Virus genome (UHGV): UHGV-1356687
Source: a virus
Reading direction: 5' to 3' (one strand)
Length of the DNA: 41,977 nt
The notes below the pieces were generated by a model, which saw only the letters and a program-made list of their open reading frames with translations, made no database searches and was not told where the DNA came from. Shown in pieces: positions 27,349 to 36,429 of the stretch; the stretch's first letter is position 1, and each line of letters opens with the position of its first letter. A program made the translations under genes and the position numbers.

Positions 27349-27886
27349 TCAGCCAAGTTAGGTAAGTTTTTGCTTTTTTAAGGTCCTCTAGTCCATTTTT
27401 GTGTTTATAACGTAGTGGGTATTTTAGAATATTTCCTTCTAGGAAACCACGGAATTCTTCTTTTGTCATGTTAGCTTTCATTATTTGAATTGGTTGAATA
27501 CCGTTAACTGTGTAATGAATTTGATTGTCAATCAAATCTGATTCAAAATAAACTTCTACATCAGGTTCAACACCACCTGACATGTATAAGTACTCATCAT
27601 ATGTCATACTTTTTTCTTTTTCATGTTCAATCCCATTTTGTCTAGCTACATATTCATCATATGTCATAACTTCTTCTTGTTCAGGTTCAACACCATCACA
27701 TTTTGAATCTTCAAAATTAACTTCTAATTCAGGAATAACAAAATGGTTTTTAAAAGCACTCTCTGTAGTATATGTGTGTGTTCCATCATGATATTTGACT
27801 TTCCACATTTTACCTTCCATTTTATGTGCTACACCTTTAGCCCCATTATCTTTGCGTTTTACTAACATTCCATCATGTAAAATCAT
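27320..27886 (-). CDS. DUF3310-domain protein with internal MTYDEY repeat
   Basis: The C-terminal FLEGNILKYPLRYKHKNGLEDLKKAKTYLTWLIEDIEE matches the DUF3310 pattern seen in many phages. A ~19-aa repeat is duplicated. Confidence 0.5.
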   Translation of the reverse strand: MILHDGMLVKRKDNGAKGVAHKMEGKMWKVKYHDGTHTYTTESAFKNHFVIPELEVNFEDSKCDGVEPEQEEVMTYDEYVARQNGIEHEKEKSMTYDEYLYMSGGVEPDVEVYFESDLIDNQIHYTVNGIQPIQIMKANMTKEEFRGFLEGNILKYPLRYKHKNGLEDLKKAKTYLTWLIEDIEERGL

Positions 27887-28041
27887 TTAAATTCCTCCTA
27901 ATGTTTTATAATTATTATTGTATCATATTGACGTTTATTTGTCAACACAAAACTTTTATTTTATGATATAATATATTTATAGCAAAGGTGATTCCTCCCA
28001 CCTTCAACTATCTTAGGTCAACTCGTATGAGTTGGCTTTTT

Positions 28042-28290
28042 TTATTTTGCATATTTTGCGATAAGTTTAAAAACTTCTTGCGCCGTTTCAATATTTTCAA
28101 ATTTAACAAATCCACTTGGTACATGTTGCATCATTACTGAATAGTTATAATTTGTACTATACATATCACCAAACCCATTTGGATTGTACTTTACATCAAT
28201 AAGACAACCGTTTGGGAACAATTTTCTAAACATATGCATGTTATTCATCTTTTGCCATTCTCCGTTCTTCTCGTTTTTTAACTGAATCAT
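28042..28290 (-). CDS. hypothetical protein (82 aa)
   Basis: ORF in an operon. Confidence 0.4.
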   Translation of the reverse strand: MIQLKNEKNGEWQKMNNMHMFRKLFPNGCLIDVKYNPNGFGDMYSTNYNYSVMMQHVPSGFVKFENIETAQEVFKLIAKYAK

Positions 28291-28984
28291 AGGTGCGTTT
28301 CAACTCTGTTCCATCAAGTGGTGGGTTGCACCCAATTTGGTTTACATATTGTGACCATACCCATACTTCTTCATGTTCTAAGCCTGTAGCGAACAATTTG
28401 CCAATCATTTGCGTTATCCAGTTGTTTCGTCCTCCTTCATCACTTCCAGCGATAATATCACCTAACAGGTTTGCAGTCCATTTGCGTTCACGTTTTTTGT
28501 TTTGCTTTTGAATTGTTTTATCTGTGAAAATATCAAACCATTTTACAGGTAGGTCTGCAATTGGTGAATTGTCAATCACTTCATATTTTACACCGTCAAT
28601 AGTTGAACCCCACCCAACAATGTAGCGTCCATGTGTTTGGAAGTCAACACCTTCAACTTCCTTGTGGTTCTGAATGAATTGCACATCATTATATTTTTCA
28701 GGTAGGTTGTAATACAGATGAAGCCCACCACTTGGTGTCATAACTGTTTTAGTGTCTGGTAACTCAATATCATACTTTTCGCAAAACTCTTTGAGGTTAT
28801 CAGCACCACTAACACCATTATGAGTGTCAATATCAATTACTGCAATACCTGATAACTTACCAGTTAAAATACCATAGTTACCACCTTCTGCAACCCACTT
28901 CTTTACTTCTACTTTATCTTCACCATTAAATGAACCAGCAACTAACGGTGCTTTGCCATTCTTTTTAAGTCTTAATAGTTCCAT
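28241..28984 (-). CDS. primase-polymerase (Prim-Pol) N-terminal domain protein
   Basis: RBS aggagg before ATG 28984 (MELLRLKK...). The segment GGNYGILTGKLSGIAVIDIDTHNG is typical of the bifunctional DNA primase/polymerase N-terminal domain. Confidence 0.55.
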   Translation of the reverse strand: MELLRLKKNGKAPLVAGSFNGEDKVEVKKWVAEGGNYGILTGKLSGIAVIDIDTHNGVSGADNLKEFCEKYDIELPDTKTVMTPSGGLHLYYNLPEKYNDVQFIQNHKEVEGVDFQTHGRYIVGWGSTIDGVKYEVIDNSPIADLPVKWFDIFTDKTIQKQNKKRERKWTANLLGDIIAGSDEGGRNNWITQMIGKLFATGLEHEEVWVWSQYVNQIGCNPPLDGTELKRTYDSVKKREERRMAKDE

Positions 28985-28995
28985 ATTGTTTCCTC

Positions 28996-29184
28996 CTATG
29001 AACATGCTACAATCTTAGCTGTTTCTAAATTATAACTATTTACTTCAATAATAAGCACATCAAGTCCATGTATATTCTCCATCACTTCCTCCATATAATT
29101 TTCTGCTAACTCTTTGGTAGTGAAAACCTCTGATTGGTAAGCTAGTGTTCTAGCTTCAAAATCAATAATATTTACAATATACAT
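28996..29184 (-). CDS. hypothetical protein (62 aa)
   Basis: RBS agaggagg. It is the first gene after promoter P(29210-29245). Confidence 0.4.
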   Translation of the reverse strand: MYIVNIIDFEARTLAYQSEVFTTKELAENYMEEVMENIHGLDVLIIEVNSYNLETAKIVACS

Positions 29185-29209
29185 TTTAATTCCTCCTCTT
29201 ATCTTATGT

Positions 29210-29245
29210 ACCTACTATATCATAGGATATAGTAGTTGTCAACTA
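29210..29245 (-). promoter_or_regulatory. consensus sigma-A promoter with embedded 24-bp palindrome (palindrome-promoter copy 1)
   Basis: On the - strand: TTGACA, 17 bp, TATAGT. The palindrome CTACTATATCATAGGATATAGTAG (29212-29235) spans the spacer and -10. Confidence 0.6.
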
Positions 29246-29419
29246 TTTAATTGAATAAAATACTAAATTTTCTAATTTTAAGGTGAATGTTTCTGAACTA
29301 CCAAAACTAAGTTCTAAAAAACGTTGTGTGATATTTACACGTTTAACATTGGTAAATAAGATAGTTCTATTATCTTTACCAGCCATAAAGTTTACTGTTA
29401 CGTCTTTTAATTCTTTCAT
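29243..29419 (-). CDS. hypothetical small protein (59 aa), not in track
   Basis: RBS ggagga before ATG (MKELKDVTVNFMAGKD...). Confidence 0.3.
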   Translation of the reverse strand: MKELKDVTVNFMAGKDNRTILFTNVKRVNITQRFLELSFGSSETFTLKLENLVFYSIK

Positions 29420-29483
29420 TTTAATATATCCTCCATCATTTTATTAGTAAAATCTTTTCCATTTTTCTTTAGTCTTAAAAATT

Positions 29484-30224
29484 TCATGTTGTTTCCTCCT
29501 TTTGTTCTCCCATTATTCTGTATTTCGCTATGTTGAAATATTTTTCATCTAATTCAATACCAATAAATCTCCTATTAGTGTTCTTACACGCTACACCTGT
29601 TGAACCACTACCCATTGTAAAATCTAGCACAATATCGTTTTCATTTGTATAAGACTTAATTAACCACTCCAATAAATCAACAGGTTTCTGCGTTGGATGG
29701 AATCTATTTTTACGGATAGGTGTTGAGTATTTTCTAACAGTCTTTGGATATCTACCATCATAGTTAGTATTATTGCGTTCTAACTTTCCTGTGTTTGTAC
29801 TTACATCCCTCCCACCATATCTATTATATGATGAACCTTGGTCTTTCTGAACGTTGTATGTTGGTTGTTTTTCATAAAATACACTTACAATTTCATGTGA
29901 TGACAATGGTTTCTTGTTTGCCTGTGTAAAGTCTGTCCCTTGTTGCTTTTCCCAAATAATATCGTATCTAAAATTGTCAATATTACTCATGTTTAAATAT
30001 GTTGTAAAAGGTTGTTTCCCAAATAACAGTACTGGTGTATCTTTATTTGTTAACTTATTAATCTTTTCCCACATTTCTTTAAAAGGTATAGTGTTATCCC
30101 AAGAATATCTTTTTTTAGTTAGTATTCCATATGGTGGGTCAGTCAATACCATATCAACCTTTATGTTTCTATCAATTAACTCATCCATAGCAACTAATGC
30201 ATCTTTATTATATAATTCAAACAT
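29484..30224 (-). CDS. DNA methyltransferase, beta-class N6-adenine/N4-cytosine (orphan)
   Basis: 246 aa. Motif IV (LTDPPYG) is N-terminal and motif I (FTMGSGSTGVA) C-terminal. No adjacent restriction endonuclease is recognisable. Confidence 0.8.
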   Translation of the reverse strand: MFELYNKDALVAMDELIDRNIKVDMVLTDPPYGILTKKRYSWDNTIPFKEMWEKINKLTNKDTPVLLFGKQPFTTYLNMSNIDNFRYDIIWEKQQGTDFTQANKKPLSSHEIVSVFYEKQPTYNVQKDQGSSYNRYGGRDVSTNTGKLERNNTNYDGRYPKTVRKYSTPIRKNRFHPTQKPVDLLEWLIKSYTNENDIVLDFTMGSGSTGVACKNTNRRFIGIELDEKYFNIAKYRIMGEQKEETT

Positions 30225-30252
30225 ATTTAACTTCCTCCCTTTATCTTATGTA

Positions 30253-30288
30253 TCTACTATATCATGTGATATAGTAGTTGTCAATACT
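30253..30288 (-). promoter_or_regulatory. consensus promoter with embedded palindrome (copy 2)
   Basis: TTGACA, 17 bp, TATAGT. Palindrome CTACTATATCATGTGATATAGTAG 30255-30278. Confidence 0.6.
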
Positions 30289-31583
30289 TATTTTAAAATA
30301 TTTTCAATATCTTCATTAGTAAAGTCTTTACCATTTGTTACTGTTTCAAAAATCTTTTTCTCCGTTGGTGTTTCAGGTACAATGTGATAATAAAGTGGTT
30401 TCTTTGTTTGACCATAACGGTCTGTGCGTGCCTTGGATTGTTCATAGTTGATTGATTCTAAAGGCATTGAATTGTAAATTGTCACATTTGCAATAACAAA
30501 ATCATTAATGCCTGTAGAAGCGGATTTGTAGTGTGCTAACACAACACCGTTGTCTTTACCTTTAAATACTTTTAAGTCTTTGCTAGCGCCATTATATTGA
30601 CTATATGGACGTTTTAACTTGTCTAATACTTGTTTCAACATTTCAAGTTCCACATTGTAATTATAAAATATAACTATCCGTTCGTTGTTATGTGTTTCTA
30701 AAATAGCCTGTAAACGCTCAAACGGTTCTTTACTTACTTGTTTATTGATTCCTAATAAGAAACCATGGCTCACACAACGCATTGCATTAAATAGCTTACT
30801 ACTATTGTCTAATTCAATTACTTCGCCGTTATCCGCTTTGTACATGCGGTGTTTTTTCAACTTAGCATACATAGCTGGTTTTTTAGTCTTATATACATAA
30901 TCTTCTGGAAAGTAGTCTTTATCACGTGTGAAACGCACTGCGCATTGGTCAATCATTTGTTTTAATAAATGCTCGTTCTGATAACCTACAATGTCCATAA
31001 ATCGCATAGAACCCATTTGTCGCATTTGCTTAATAACAAATAGTTGCTCAAACTCTTTTTTAGGCTTGCGGAATACATTTAGCATATATAACTGTGGGTA
31101 GTAGTTCTCTAGCTTCCCATTACTAACTGGTGTTGCGGTTAACAGTCTTACATAAGGTGTTTTCTTACATAATTTCATAGCAAACTTAGTTACTTTAGAA
31201 GAGCTAACACCTACTTTGTGGGCTTCGTCAATGATAATGAACGTATCTTTATCAACCCATTTCAATAATTCAGTCACACGCCAGCTACTTTCAAATGAGA
31301 TTGCAACTCGTTTTGCATCTGCTAATAACTCTTTATTTTTCTTTGTACCCTTGTTAAGTGTTGTAATTTCAATATTCATCTTAGCTCCATCTTCTGCAAA
31401 GTCTGCAACTTTAGGTGCTAAACAGATAACTAATAACTTACTGCACCCAGATTGCAAGTAGGCTCCTAATGCAGTGAATGTCTTACCTGTTCCAGCGTCA
31501 GATAAATCGTAAGGGTGTGTATTCCATTTTTCAATACCTTCAATTTGCGTTGGTAATAGTTCAATTTTTCCAATCTTAGTCAT
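30288..31583 (-). CDS. SNF2-family (DEAH-box) helicase
   Basis: RBS ggtggaag before ATG 31583 (MTKIGKIELLPTQ...). Walker A is DAGTGKT and motif II is IIDEAHKV. LLTATP and a C-terminal helicase domain are also present. The track start at 31673 lacks an RBS. Confidence 0.75.
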   Translation of the reverse strand: MTKIGKIELLPTQIEGIEKWNTHPYDLSDAGTGKTFTALGAYLQSGCSKLLVICLAPKVADFAEDGAKMNIEITTLNKGTKKNKELLADAKRVAISFESSWRVTELLKWVDKDTFIIIDEAHKVGVSSSKVTKFAMKLCKKTPYVRLLTATPVSNGKLENYYPQLYMLNVFRKPKKEFEQLFVIKQMRQMGSMRFMDIVGYQNEHLLKQMIDQCAVRFTRDKDYFPEDYVYKTKKPAMYAKLKKHRMYKADNGEVIELDNSSKLFNAMRCVSHGFLLGINKQVSKEPFERLQAILETHNNERIVIFYNYNVELEMLKQVLDKLKRPYSQYNGASKDLKVFKGKDNGVVLAHYKSASTGINDFVIANVTIYNSMPLESINYEQSKARTDRYGQTKKPLYYHIVPETPTEKKIFETVTNGKDFTNEDIENILK

Positions 31584-31977
31584 ATAGTACTTCCACCTTA
31601 TCATCTTTAATATCTGGTAAATATGGTTGTTCATAATTGAAATAAATATCATCTGCACCATAGTACACTGCACTTTCCATGTTATCCAAATAAAGTAATA
31701 GGTCCTCTAAATCATCAAGCGTATCTCTTAATAGTAAACCATATCCACCAGCACATCTAACTTCTTGTAAGTATCTAATTTGTAATGGGTCTGGCTGGTA
31801 GTTCCCTGTTTTAAGCTCTAATGCAATGAAGTAACCACTATAACACGCTTCAATATCTGCACGTCCCACACGGTCATATATGGTTGCTGTGTTAACATTT
31901 ACAACCGCTCCTTTTGATTTCAAGTAATCTACTACTTCTTTACTAAATTTAGCTTCTTTTTTCACGTGCTGAACCAC
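31576..31977 (-). CDS. VRR-NUC domain nuclease
   Basis: 133 aa. The PD-(D/E)xK-like core ...GRADIEACYSGYFIALELKTG... is typical of VRR-NUC. Confidence 0.6.
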   Translation of the reverse strand: MVQHVKKEAKFSKEVVDYLKSKGAVVNVNTATIYDRVGRADIEACYSGYFIALELKTGNYQPDPLQIRYLQEVRCAGGYGLLLRDTLDDLEDLLLYLDNMESAVYYGADDIYFNYEQPYLPDIKDDKVEVLYD

Positions 31978-32182
31978 CTTTTTTATTACCTTGTAACATA
32001 TTTGTCAATAGTTCAATGGCTTTTTCTACATCAATATTATTTTGAGAAAATACACCTAACATTGCTAATACTGTGTATGCTGCATATTTTTCTATGTCAT
32101 CTTGTGAAATCCCTTTACTTCTGAAATCATTTTCCATTTCACTTAAAATATTATCAATTGCAATAATGCGTTCTGTTTTCAT
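31949..32182 (-). CDS. hypothetical protein (77 aa)
   Basis: ORF with RBS ggagaggaag. Confidence 0.4.
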   Translation of the reverse strand: MKTERIIAIDNILSEMENDFRSKGISQDDIEKYAAYTVLAMLGVFSQNNIDVEKAIELLTNMLQGNKKGGSAREKRS

Positions 32183-32184
32183 TT

Positions 32185-32394
32185 TTATTCTTCCTCTCCA
32201 AAAACTTCTTCTTTTAATAGTTCAATATGTCTTTCTGTTGATTCGTAATATTCTTCTAAACATAACAGATATAATAGTACACCTTCTTTAACAAAGTTGT
32301 CAATTTCAGTTTGTGTTACACCTTTGTCTATGAATTCTTCTTGCATTAAATATGTTCGTGCGTCTAATCGTTCAATCATTTCTAAGTTTGTCAT
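32185..32394 (-). CDS. hypothetical protein (69 aa)
   Basis: ORF with an identical RBS junction. Confidence 0.4.
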   Translation of the reverse strand: MTNLEMIERLDARTYLMQEEFIDKGVTQTEIDNFVKEGVLLYLLCLEEYYESTERHIELLKEEVFGEEE

Positions 32395-32396
32395 TT

Positions 32397-32606
32397 TTAT
32401 TCTTCCTCTCCAATTACTAGTTCAATTCCGCCCCATGATTCATTGTAACTGATATTTAATACCTTTGTCAATTCGTTATACTTATTAAATAATCGTGCTA
32501 CTGATGTATCACTTGTTGTGTCAATTACTAGTGCAGTCAAACCATTTGATTCTTTCACTACTAAAAAATGGCTATCAATCACTTCATATGCTTGTAATAA
32601 ATTCAT
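32397..32606 (-). CDS. hypothetical protein (69 aa)
   Basis: ORF with RBS aggaggataac. Confidence 0.4.
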   Translation of the reverse strand: MNLLQAYEVIDSHFLVVKESNGLTALVIDTTSDTSVARLFNKYNELTKVLNISYNESWGGIELVIGEEE

Positions 32607-32607
32607 T

Positions 32608-32770
32608 TTAGTTATCCTCCTTGAATGTTTGAGTTGCTAAGAACGTTAATACGAATGATATAGACCATGCTATCATTACAGCATCCCTTGAACCTGTGAA
32701 TACGATTGTAAAGATACCTACTAAAAATGCCACCAATACAGCTGTTAAAACTTCTAAATTTTCATTCATC
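32608..32770 (-). CDS. small membrane protein (53 aa, 2 TM), not in track
   Basis: RBS ggaggacaaataag before ATG 32770 (MNENLEVLTAVLVAFLVGIFTIVF...). Confidence 0.35.
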
Positions 32771-33043
32771 TTATTTGTCCTCCAATTGTTTAATTTTTTC
32801 GTCTAATTCTTTAATTAACTGTTTATTATCTAATGTTTTTGTGATACTTGAAACATCAATTCCTGATACTACTTTGTACTCTAAGATAATATCTTGTTGA
32901 CGTTCGTTCAATTCTTTGTATAAGTGTAATTCTTGTTTAGCTTCATTCAATTTCTGCTTGTTTAAGTTGTTTGCCAACATTGCTGTACTTCCTGAAAAAC
33001 TCAATCCTACTGCCAATCCAATGATTAATCCTTTATGTTTCAT
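32771..33043 (-). CDS. secreted/membrane-anchored coiled-coil protein (signal peptide, no lipobox)
   Basis: 90 aa with RBS aggagg. The N-terminus is MKHKGLIIGLAVGLSFSGSTAMLA. The remainder is coiled coil. Confidence 0.45.
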   Translation of the reverse strand: MKHKGLIIGLAVGLSFSGSTAMLANNLNKQKLNEAKQELHLYKELNERQQDIILEYKVVSGIDVSSITKTLDNKQLIKELDEKIKQLEDK

Positions 33044-33091
33044 TTATTTATTCCTCCTAATTGATTATATACTTAGTATAAATGATTGTCT

Positions 33092-33535
33092 TTATTTTGT
33101 CAAGTGTTTTGGTAAATTAATTTTTAAATTTTTGTCATATCGCCTTGGGTCAAGTGTCTTGTGAACGTCATCTACTTTGTTTAGATAGCTTGTAATTACT
33201 TTACCACTTATTAGTGACACCACAATACACTGTACTTCTTTGTTTTTTGAATAGTGTGAACGTAGTAAAATGCGCTTGTCTGCTCCTGTTTCGTTGTACT
33301 CTACAATTGTACTATTTAACATGGTTTTCATTGTCATTTCATATGAAAATTTAGTTTCACCATTTCTTATTTTATCTTGTAAGTGAAAACCAATCTTGAT
33401 ACCACGTTTTAGCCATAAATCTTTTACACGTTCTCTAGCGTTATATACTTGTTCAACTTCCTTGTGTGTAAAGTGTGAAGCGTGTTTCTTTACTTGTCCT
33501 TGCGTTTTCTTTACTGTTCCAATTTGAAAGTCCAT
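33092..33535 (-). CDS. hypothetical protein (147 aa), basic
   Basis: RBS agaggagg. It is the first gene after promoter 33560-33596. Confidence 0.45.
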   Translation of the reverse strand: MDFQIGTVKKTQGQVKKHASHFTHKEVEQVYNARERVKDLWLKRGIKIGFHLQDKIRNGETKFSYEMTMKTMLNSTIVEYNETGADKRILLRSHYSKNKEVQCIVVSLISGKVITSYLNKVDDVHKTLDPRRYDKNLKINLPKHLTK

Positions 33536-33559
33536 TTCATATCCTCCTCTTAACTTATG

Positions 33560-33596
33560 AATTAAGTATATCAGTTGGGGCTGAACTTGTCAACCC
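33560..33596 (-). promoter_or_regulatory. consensus promoter TTGACA-17-TATACT with hairpin over the -35 box
   Basis: On the - strand: TTGACAagttcagccccaactgaTATACT. GGGGctgaacttgtcaaCCCC forms a hairpin. An identical copy is at 38055-38090. Confidence 0.6.
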
Positions 33597-33607
33597 CTTT
33601 TCTGATT

Positions 33608-33796
33608 TTATTTTAAGTTTTCTAATACTGTTTCAGTTAGTAAAATCACATCTAACATTTTTTCTAGTCTATCGTTTAGTTCATGTCCTAGTTCTTTGTT
33701 TCCGTTGTCGTATGCTTCAATCATTTGTTCTTTTAACTCCTCATATCTTTTATTTAGTCTTTCTAATTTCGCTTCATATCTTTGTTTTGTTGTCAT
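33608..33796 (-). CDS. hypothetical coiled-coil protein (62 aa)
   Basis: ORF with RBS agaggagg. Confidence 0.4.
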   Translation of the reverse strand: MTTKQRYEAKLERLNKRYEELKEQMIEAYDNGNKELGHELNDRLEKMLDVILLTETVLENLK

Positions 33797-33821
33797 GTTT
33801 GTTTCCTCCTCTTAACTTATG

Positions 33822-33858
33822 AACTAAGTATATCATGAGAAAAAAAGAAAGTCAACTG
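33822..33858 (-). promoter_or_regulatory. promoter TTGACT-17-TATACT
   Basis: On the - strand: TTGACTttctttttttctcatgaTATACT. The -35 lies in the loop of the hairpin aagaaagt...actttctt. Confidence 0.5.
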
Positions 33859-33884
33859 TTTTAGTTAACTTTCTTTAAAATATT

Positions 33885-35465
33885 TTAAAAAATATTATCT
33901 GTTTCAGTAAAGTTGTTAGCCCATTTAATATTGGTTAATACATATTGTGGACGTCCATTAACTCTTTTTTTAACTCTGTTTAATACAATGTTCTGCGATT
34001 TGCGTTGTAGTTCTGGCACAAACTTACGAGCTGAAACGGTCATTAGTCCTTCATTAACTAACATATCGTTATATGCTTCTAATAATTCATTTGTTGGGAT
34101 AAATGAGTTTTCATCTTCCACGAACTCAATTTCGTTCATATCAATAAAGTTAGCCATTGTGTCATTTCCTTGGATAAAGGCATCACGCAATTTATTTGCA
34201 TTCTCACTGGTCCAGAAGTGTCCTTTGGTTTCTCCATTTAGTCCAAATAGTACATTTCTATATTGTTGTAAACAGTAGCTGATAAACTCTGATTTTTCTT
34301 CATATGTGAAATTCTTTGAACGTTCCAGCCACATTGAATCTGTGGGGTTATCTCTTCCCATTGTCTTATTAAACGGTAATGTGATAATACGGCGCAAGAA
34401 ACCATGTGAGGTGTCTGAAAACGTAGGCATGTTATTAGTTGTGAAAATCATTAGTGCGTAGTTGGTAAATGTGAACTTGTTAATACCTTTGTACTCTGCA
34501 CTCATAACATCATTACCTGATAGTGTTTTCAGTGTACCTGTTTGTTTAATATGCTGTGCTGGCATATCTGTTTCAATATTCACCATTTTACCAAATAATT
34601 GAGAGCTTGCGAATTTGTCATTATTACCTGACAAGCTAGCTAGTGTTGCATGACTTGTATTTGATTTTCCTACTAGCTCCTCAATAAATGCCATAACGTG
34701 AGATTTACCGTTACTACCTTCACCAGTTGCAAACACCATTGCTTGCGGGTCTTGGTTGCGGTAGAAAATACGTCCAATCAATTGAAATAGTGTTTTTGCG
34801 TCCTCTTCTAAAATATACTCAATCCATTCAGCAACGATATTGTGTTTAGGGTTCTCAATATAATCATATTCAATTCTTGTTGTTTGGTAGTCCTCTTTTA
34901 CCGTTGGTTTTAATGTGTCCTCTTTAAAGCGATATGTGCCATTTTTAAAGGCTATTTTGTTTGGGTCCATTTTGTCATTAAATGGTAAGTTAGCACCAGA
35001 AGCAAGTGCATTTTTTGCCATTCTTTGAACTGCATTTCTAAATTGATTAGCAACCTTTGCATTTTCTGCGTAGTGTGGTGTATAGACCATCATAAATTCA
35101 TTGTAAAGCTTTTGCCATAAACGAGCTTCTAAATTGTCCTCTGATACCTCATAGATTTTTGTGTCATGGTTGTAAACCACTGGTAAACCAATTGTGGAAC
35201 TTGCATGCACTGGTAATACCTTAGCCATGTGAACTGCCAAGGCTTCTGCATTTAATCCATCATAACTTGGTTCTGGTCGTTGTGGTTCTGCATTCTTAGC
35301 CGCATCTCCATTTTTGAAGTCAACTTCCCACTCTTTGTGGTCCTTTTCATACTCCTTTAGTGCTTTGATATATTGCTTGCTAGGTGTCAAAGTCTTTTCA
35401 AGCGTGCTGATAAAGCTTAATTCAATTGGTTGGTCATATTCTACTTTTTGTAATTCATTTACCAT
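33885..35465 (-). CDS. primase-helicase, P4/D5 type (D5_N + SF3 NTPase)
   Basis: 526 aa. The Walker A block ATGEGSNGKSHV is typical of phage/plasmid primase P4-family C-terminal helicase. Walker B is LMIFTTN. Confidence 0.75.
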   Translation of the reverse strand: MVNELQKVEYDQPIELSFISTLEKTLTPSKQYIKALKEYEKDHKEWEVDFKNGDAAKNAEPQRPEPSYDGLNAEALAVHMAKVLPVHASSTIGLPVVYNHDTKIYEVSEDNLEARLWQKLYNEFMMVYTPHYAENAKVANQFRNAVQRMAKNALASGANLPFNDKMDPNKIAFKNGTYRFKEDTLKPTVKEDYQTTRIEYDYIENPKHNIVAEWIEYILEEDAKTLFQLIGRIFYRNQDPQAMVFATGEGSNGKSHVMAFIEELVGKSNTSHATLASLSGNNDKFASSQLFGKMVNIETDMPAQHIKQTGTLKTLSGNDVMSAEYKGINKFTFTNYALMIFTTNNMPTFSDTSHGFLRRIITLPFNKTMGRDNPTDSMWLERSKNFTYEEKSEFISYCLQQYRNVLFGLNGETKGHFWTSENANKLRDAFIQGNDTMANFIDMNEIEFVEDENSFIPTNELLEAYNDMLVNEGLMTVSARKFVPELQRKSQNIVLNRVKKRVNGRPQYVLTNIKWANNFTETDNIF

Positions 35466-35489
35466 TGTTATTCCTCCTAATATCTTATG

Positions 35490-35526
35490 ACATTAATATA
35501 CCATCTAAAAAAGAGAAAGTCAACTG
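35490..35526 (-). promoter_or_regulatory. promoter TTGACT-17-TATATT
   Basis: On the - strand: TTGACTttctcttttttagatggTATATT. Hairpin gagaaagt...actttctc. Confidence 0.5.
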
Positions 35527-35559
35527 TTTTATTTAACTTTCTCCCTTATCATAACATAT

Positions 35560-35757
35560 TTAATTTAGATAATGTTTCTCAAATAGGTATATACCAATAG
35601 CAATCATGATAGTTAGTAATGCACCTAATCCAAGTACAACCCATGTAATTGGCTTCAATACCATTAGAACTGAAATTACAATCATTGCTGAAATCACTAT
35701 TCCACTTGCTGCCCCTACCAATACAAGTGCCACTAATAATACATCTAATTTACTCAT
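35560..35757 (-). CDS. small membrane protein (65 aa, 2 TM)
   Basis: Hydrophobic ORF at the operon end. Confidence 0.45.
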   Translation of the reverse strand: MSKLDVLLVALVLVGAASGIVISAMIVISVLMVLKPITWVVLGLGALLTIMIAIGIYLFEKHYLN

Positions 35758-35993
35758 TTTTCCACCTCATCTAGTTTTTTTAATAAACGTTTTTCATTCC
35801 ATACATTTACAATATCACCAATATACTTAAGGTTGTATAAGGCTCTAAATTTATATGCTAATGTGTTTTGAACATCTTTATATTCATATTGATACATTAG
35901 TGGTACATTATTTTTTAATACAACTGTTACTGTAGCCCCATTATATGGTTCTTCAAATTCATAGTAACGTTCTGTGTACATGTCTACTCTCAT
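35754..35993 (-). CDS. hypothetical protein (79 aa)
   Basis: ORF. Its upstream junction is GAGGAGGAAACAAAATGA. Confidence 0.4.
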   Translation of the reverse strand: MRVDMYTERYYEFEEPYNGATVTVVLKNNVPLMYQYEYKDVQNTLAYKFRALYNLKYIGDIVNVWNEKRLLKKLDEVEK

Positions 35994-36205
35994 TTTGTTT
36001 CCTCCTTATGAAATTTATAAACATCATGTAATCGTTCACGTAATTCACTTGATTGTTCCATAGTAATAACATCACTCATGCTAAGTCCCAAAATTACACC
36101 TTGGATAAATTTCATACCAGCGTGGTTGTGTTCTGCGTTTTCGTCATACCCTTCAATCATTTCTAAAACATGTTCAATTGCACTGATATTACTCATTCTA
36201 CTCAT
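35990..36205 (-). CDS. hypothetical protein (71 aa)
   Basis: ORF ending ...EETK* with the same coupling junction. Confidence 0.4.
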   Translation of the reverse strand: MSRMSNISAIEHVLEMIEGYDENAEHNHAGMKFIQGVILGLSMSDVITMEQSSELRERLHDVYKFHKEETK

Positions 36206-36429
36206 TTTGTTTCCTCCTCATCTAGTGTAATGTCTAAGTCATAAATTATTCCTGTGTAATCTTCATTAATCAGTTGTAAATGAAATGACTTAACTTTAGA
36301 ATCATAGTATTCTTTTAACTCTTTGTTGTCCGTGTGTACATCTGCTATTTTTACAATGTCAACACCTTTGAATATATAACAGGTATCAATATCATTTTCA
36401 ATTGAATATAGTAAATCTTCTACAGTCAT
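36202..36429 (-). CDS. hypothetical protein (75 aa)
   Basis: ORF ending ...EEETK*. Confidence 0.4.
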   Translation of the reverse strand: MTVEDLLYSIENDIDTCYIFKGVDIVKIADVHTDNKELKEYYDSKVKSFHLQLINEDYTGIIYDLDITLDEEETK

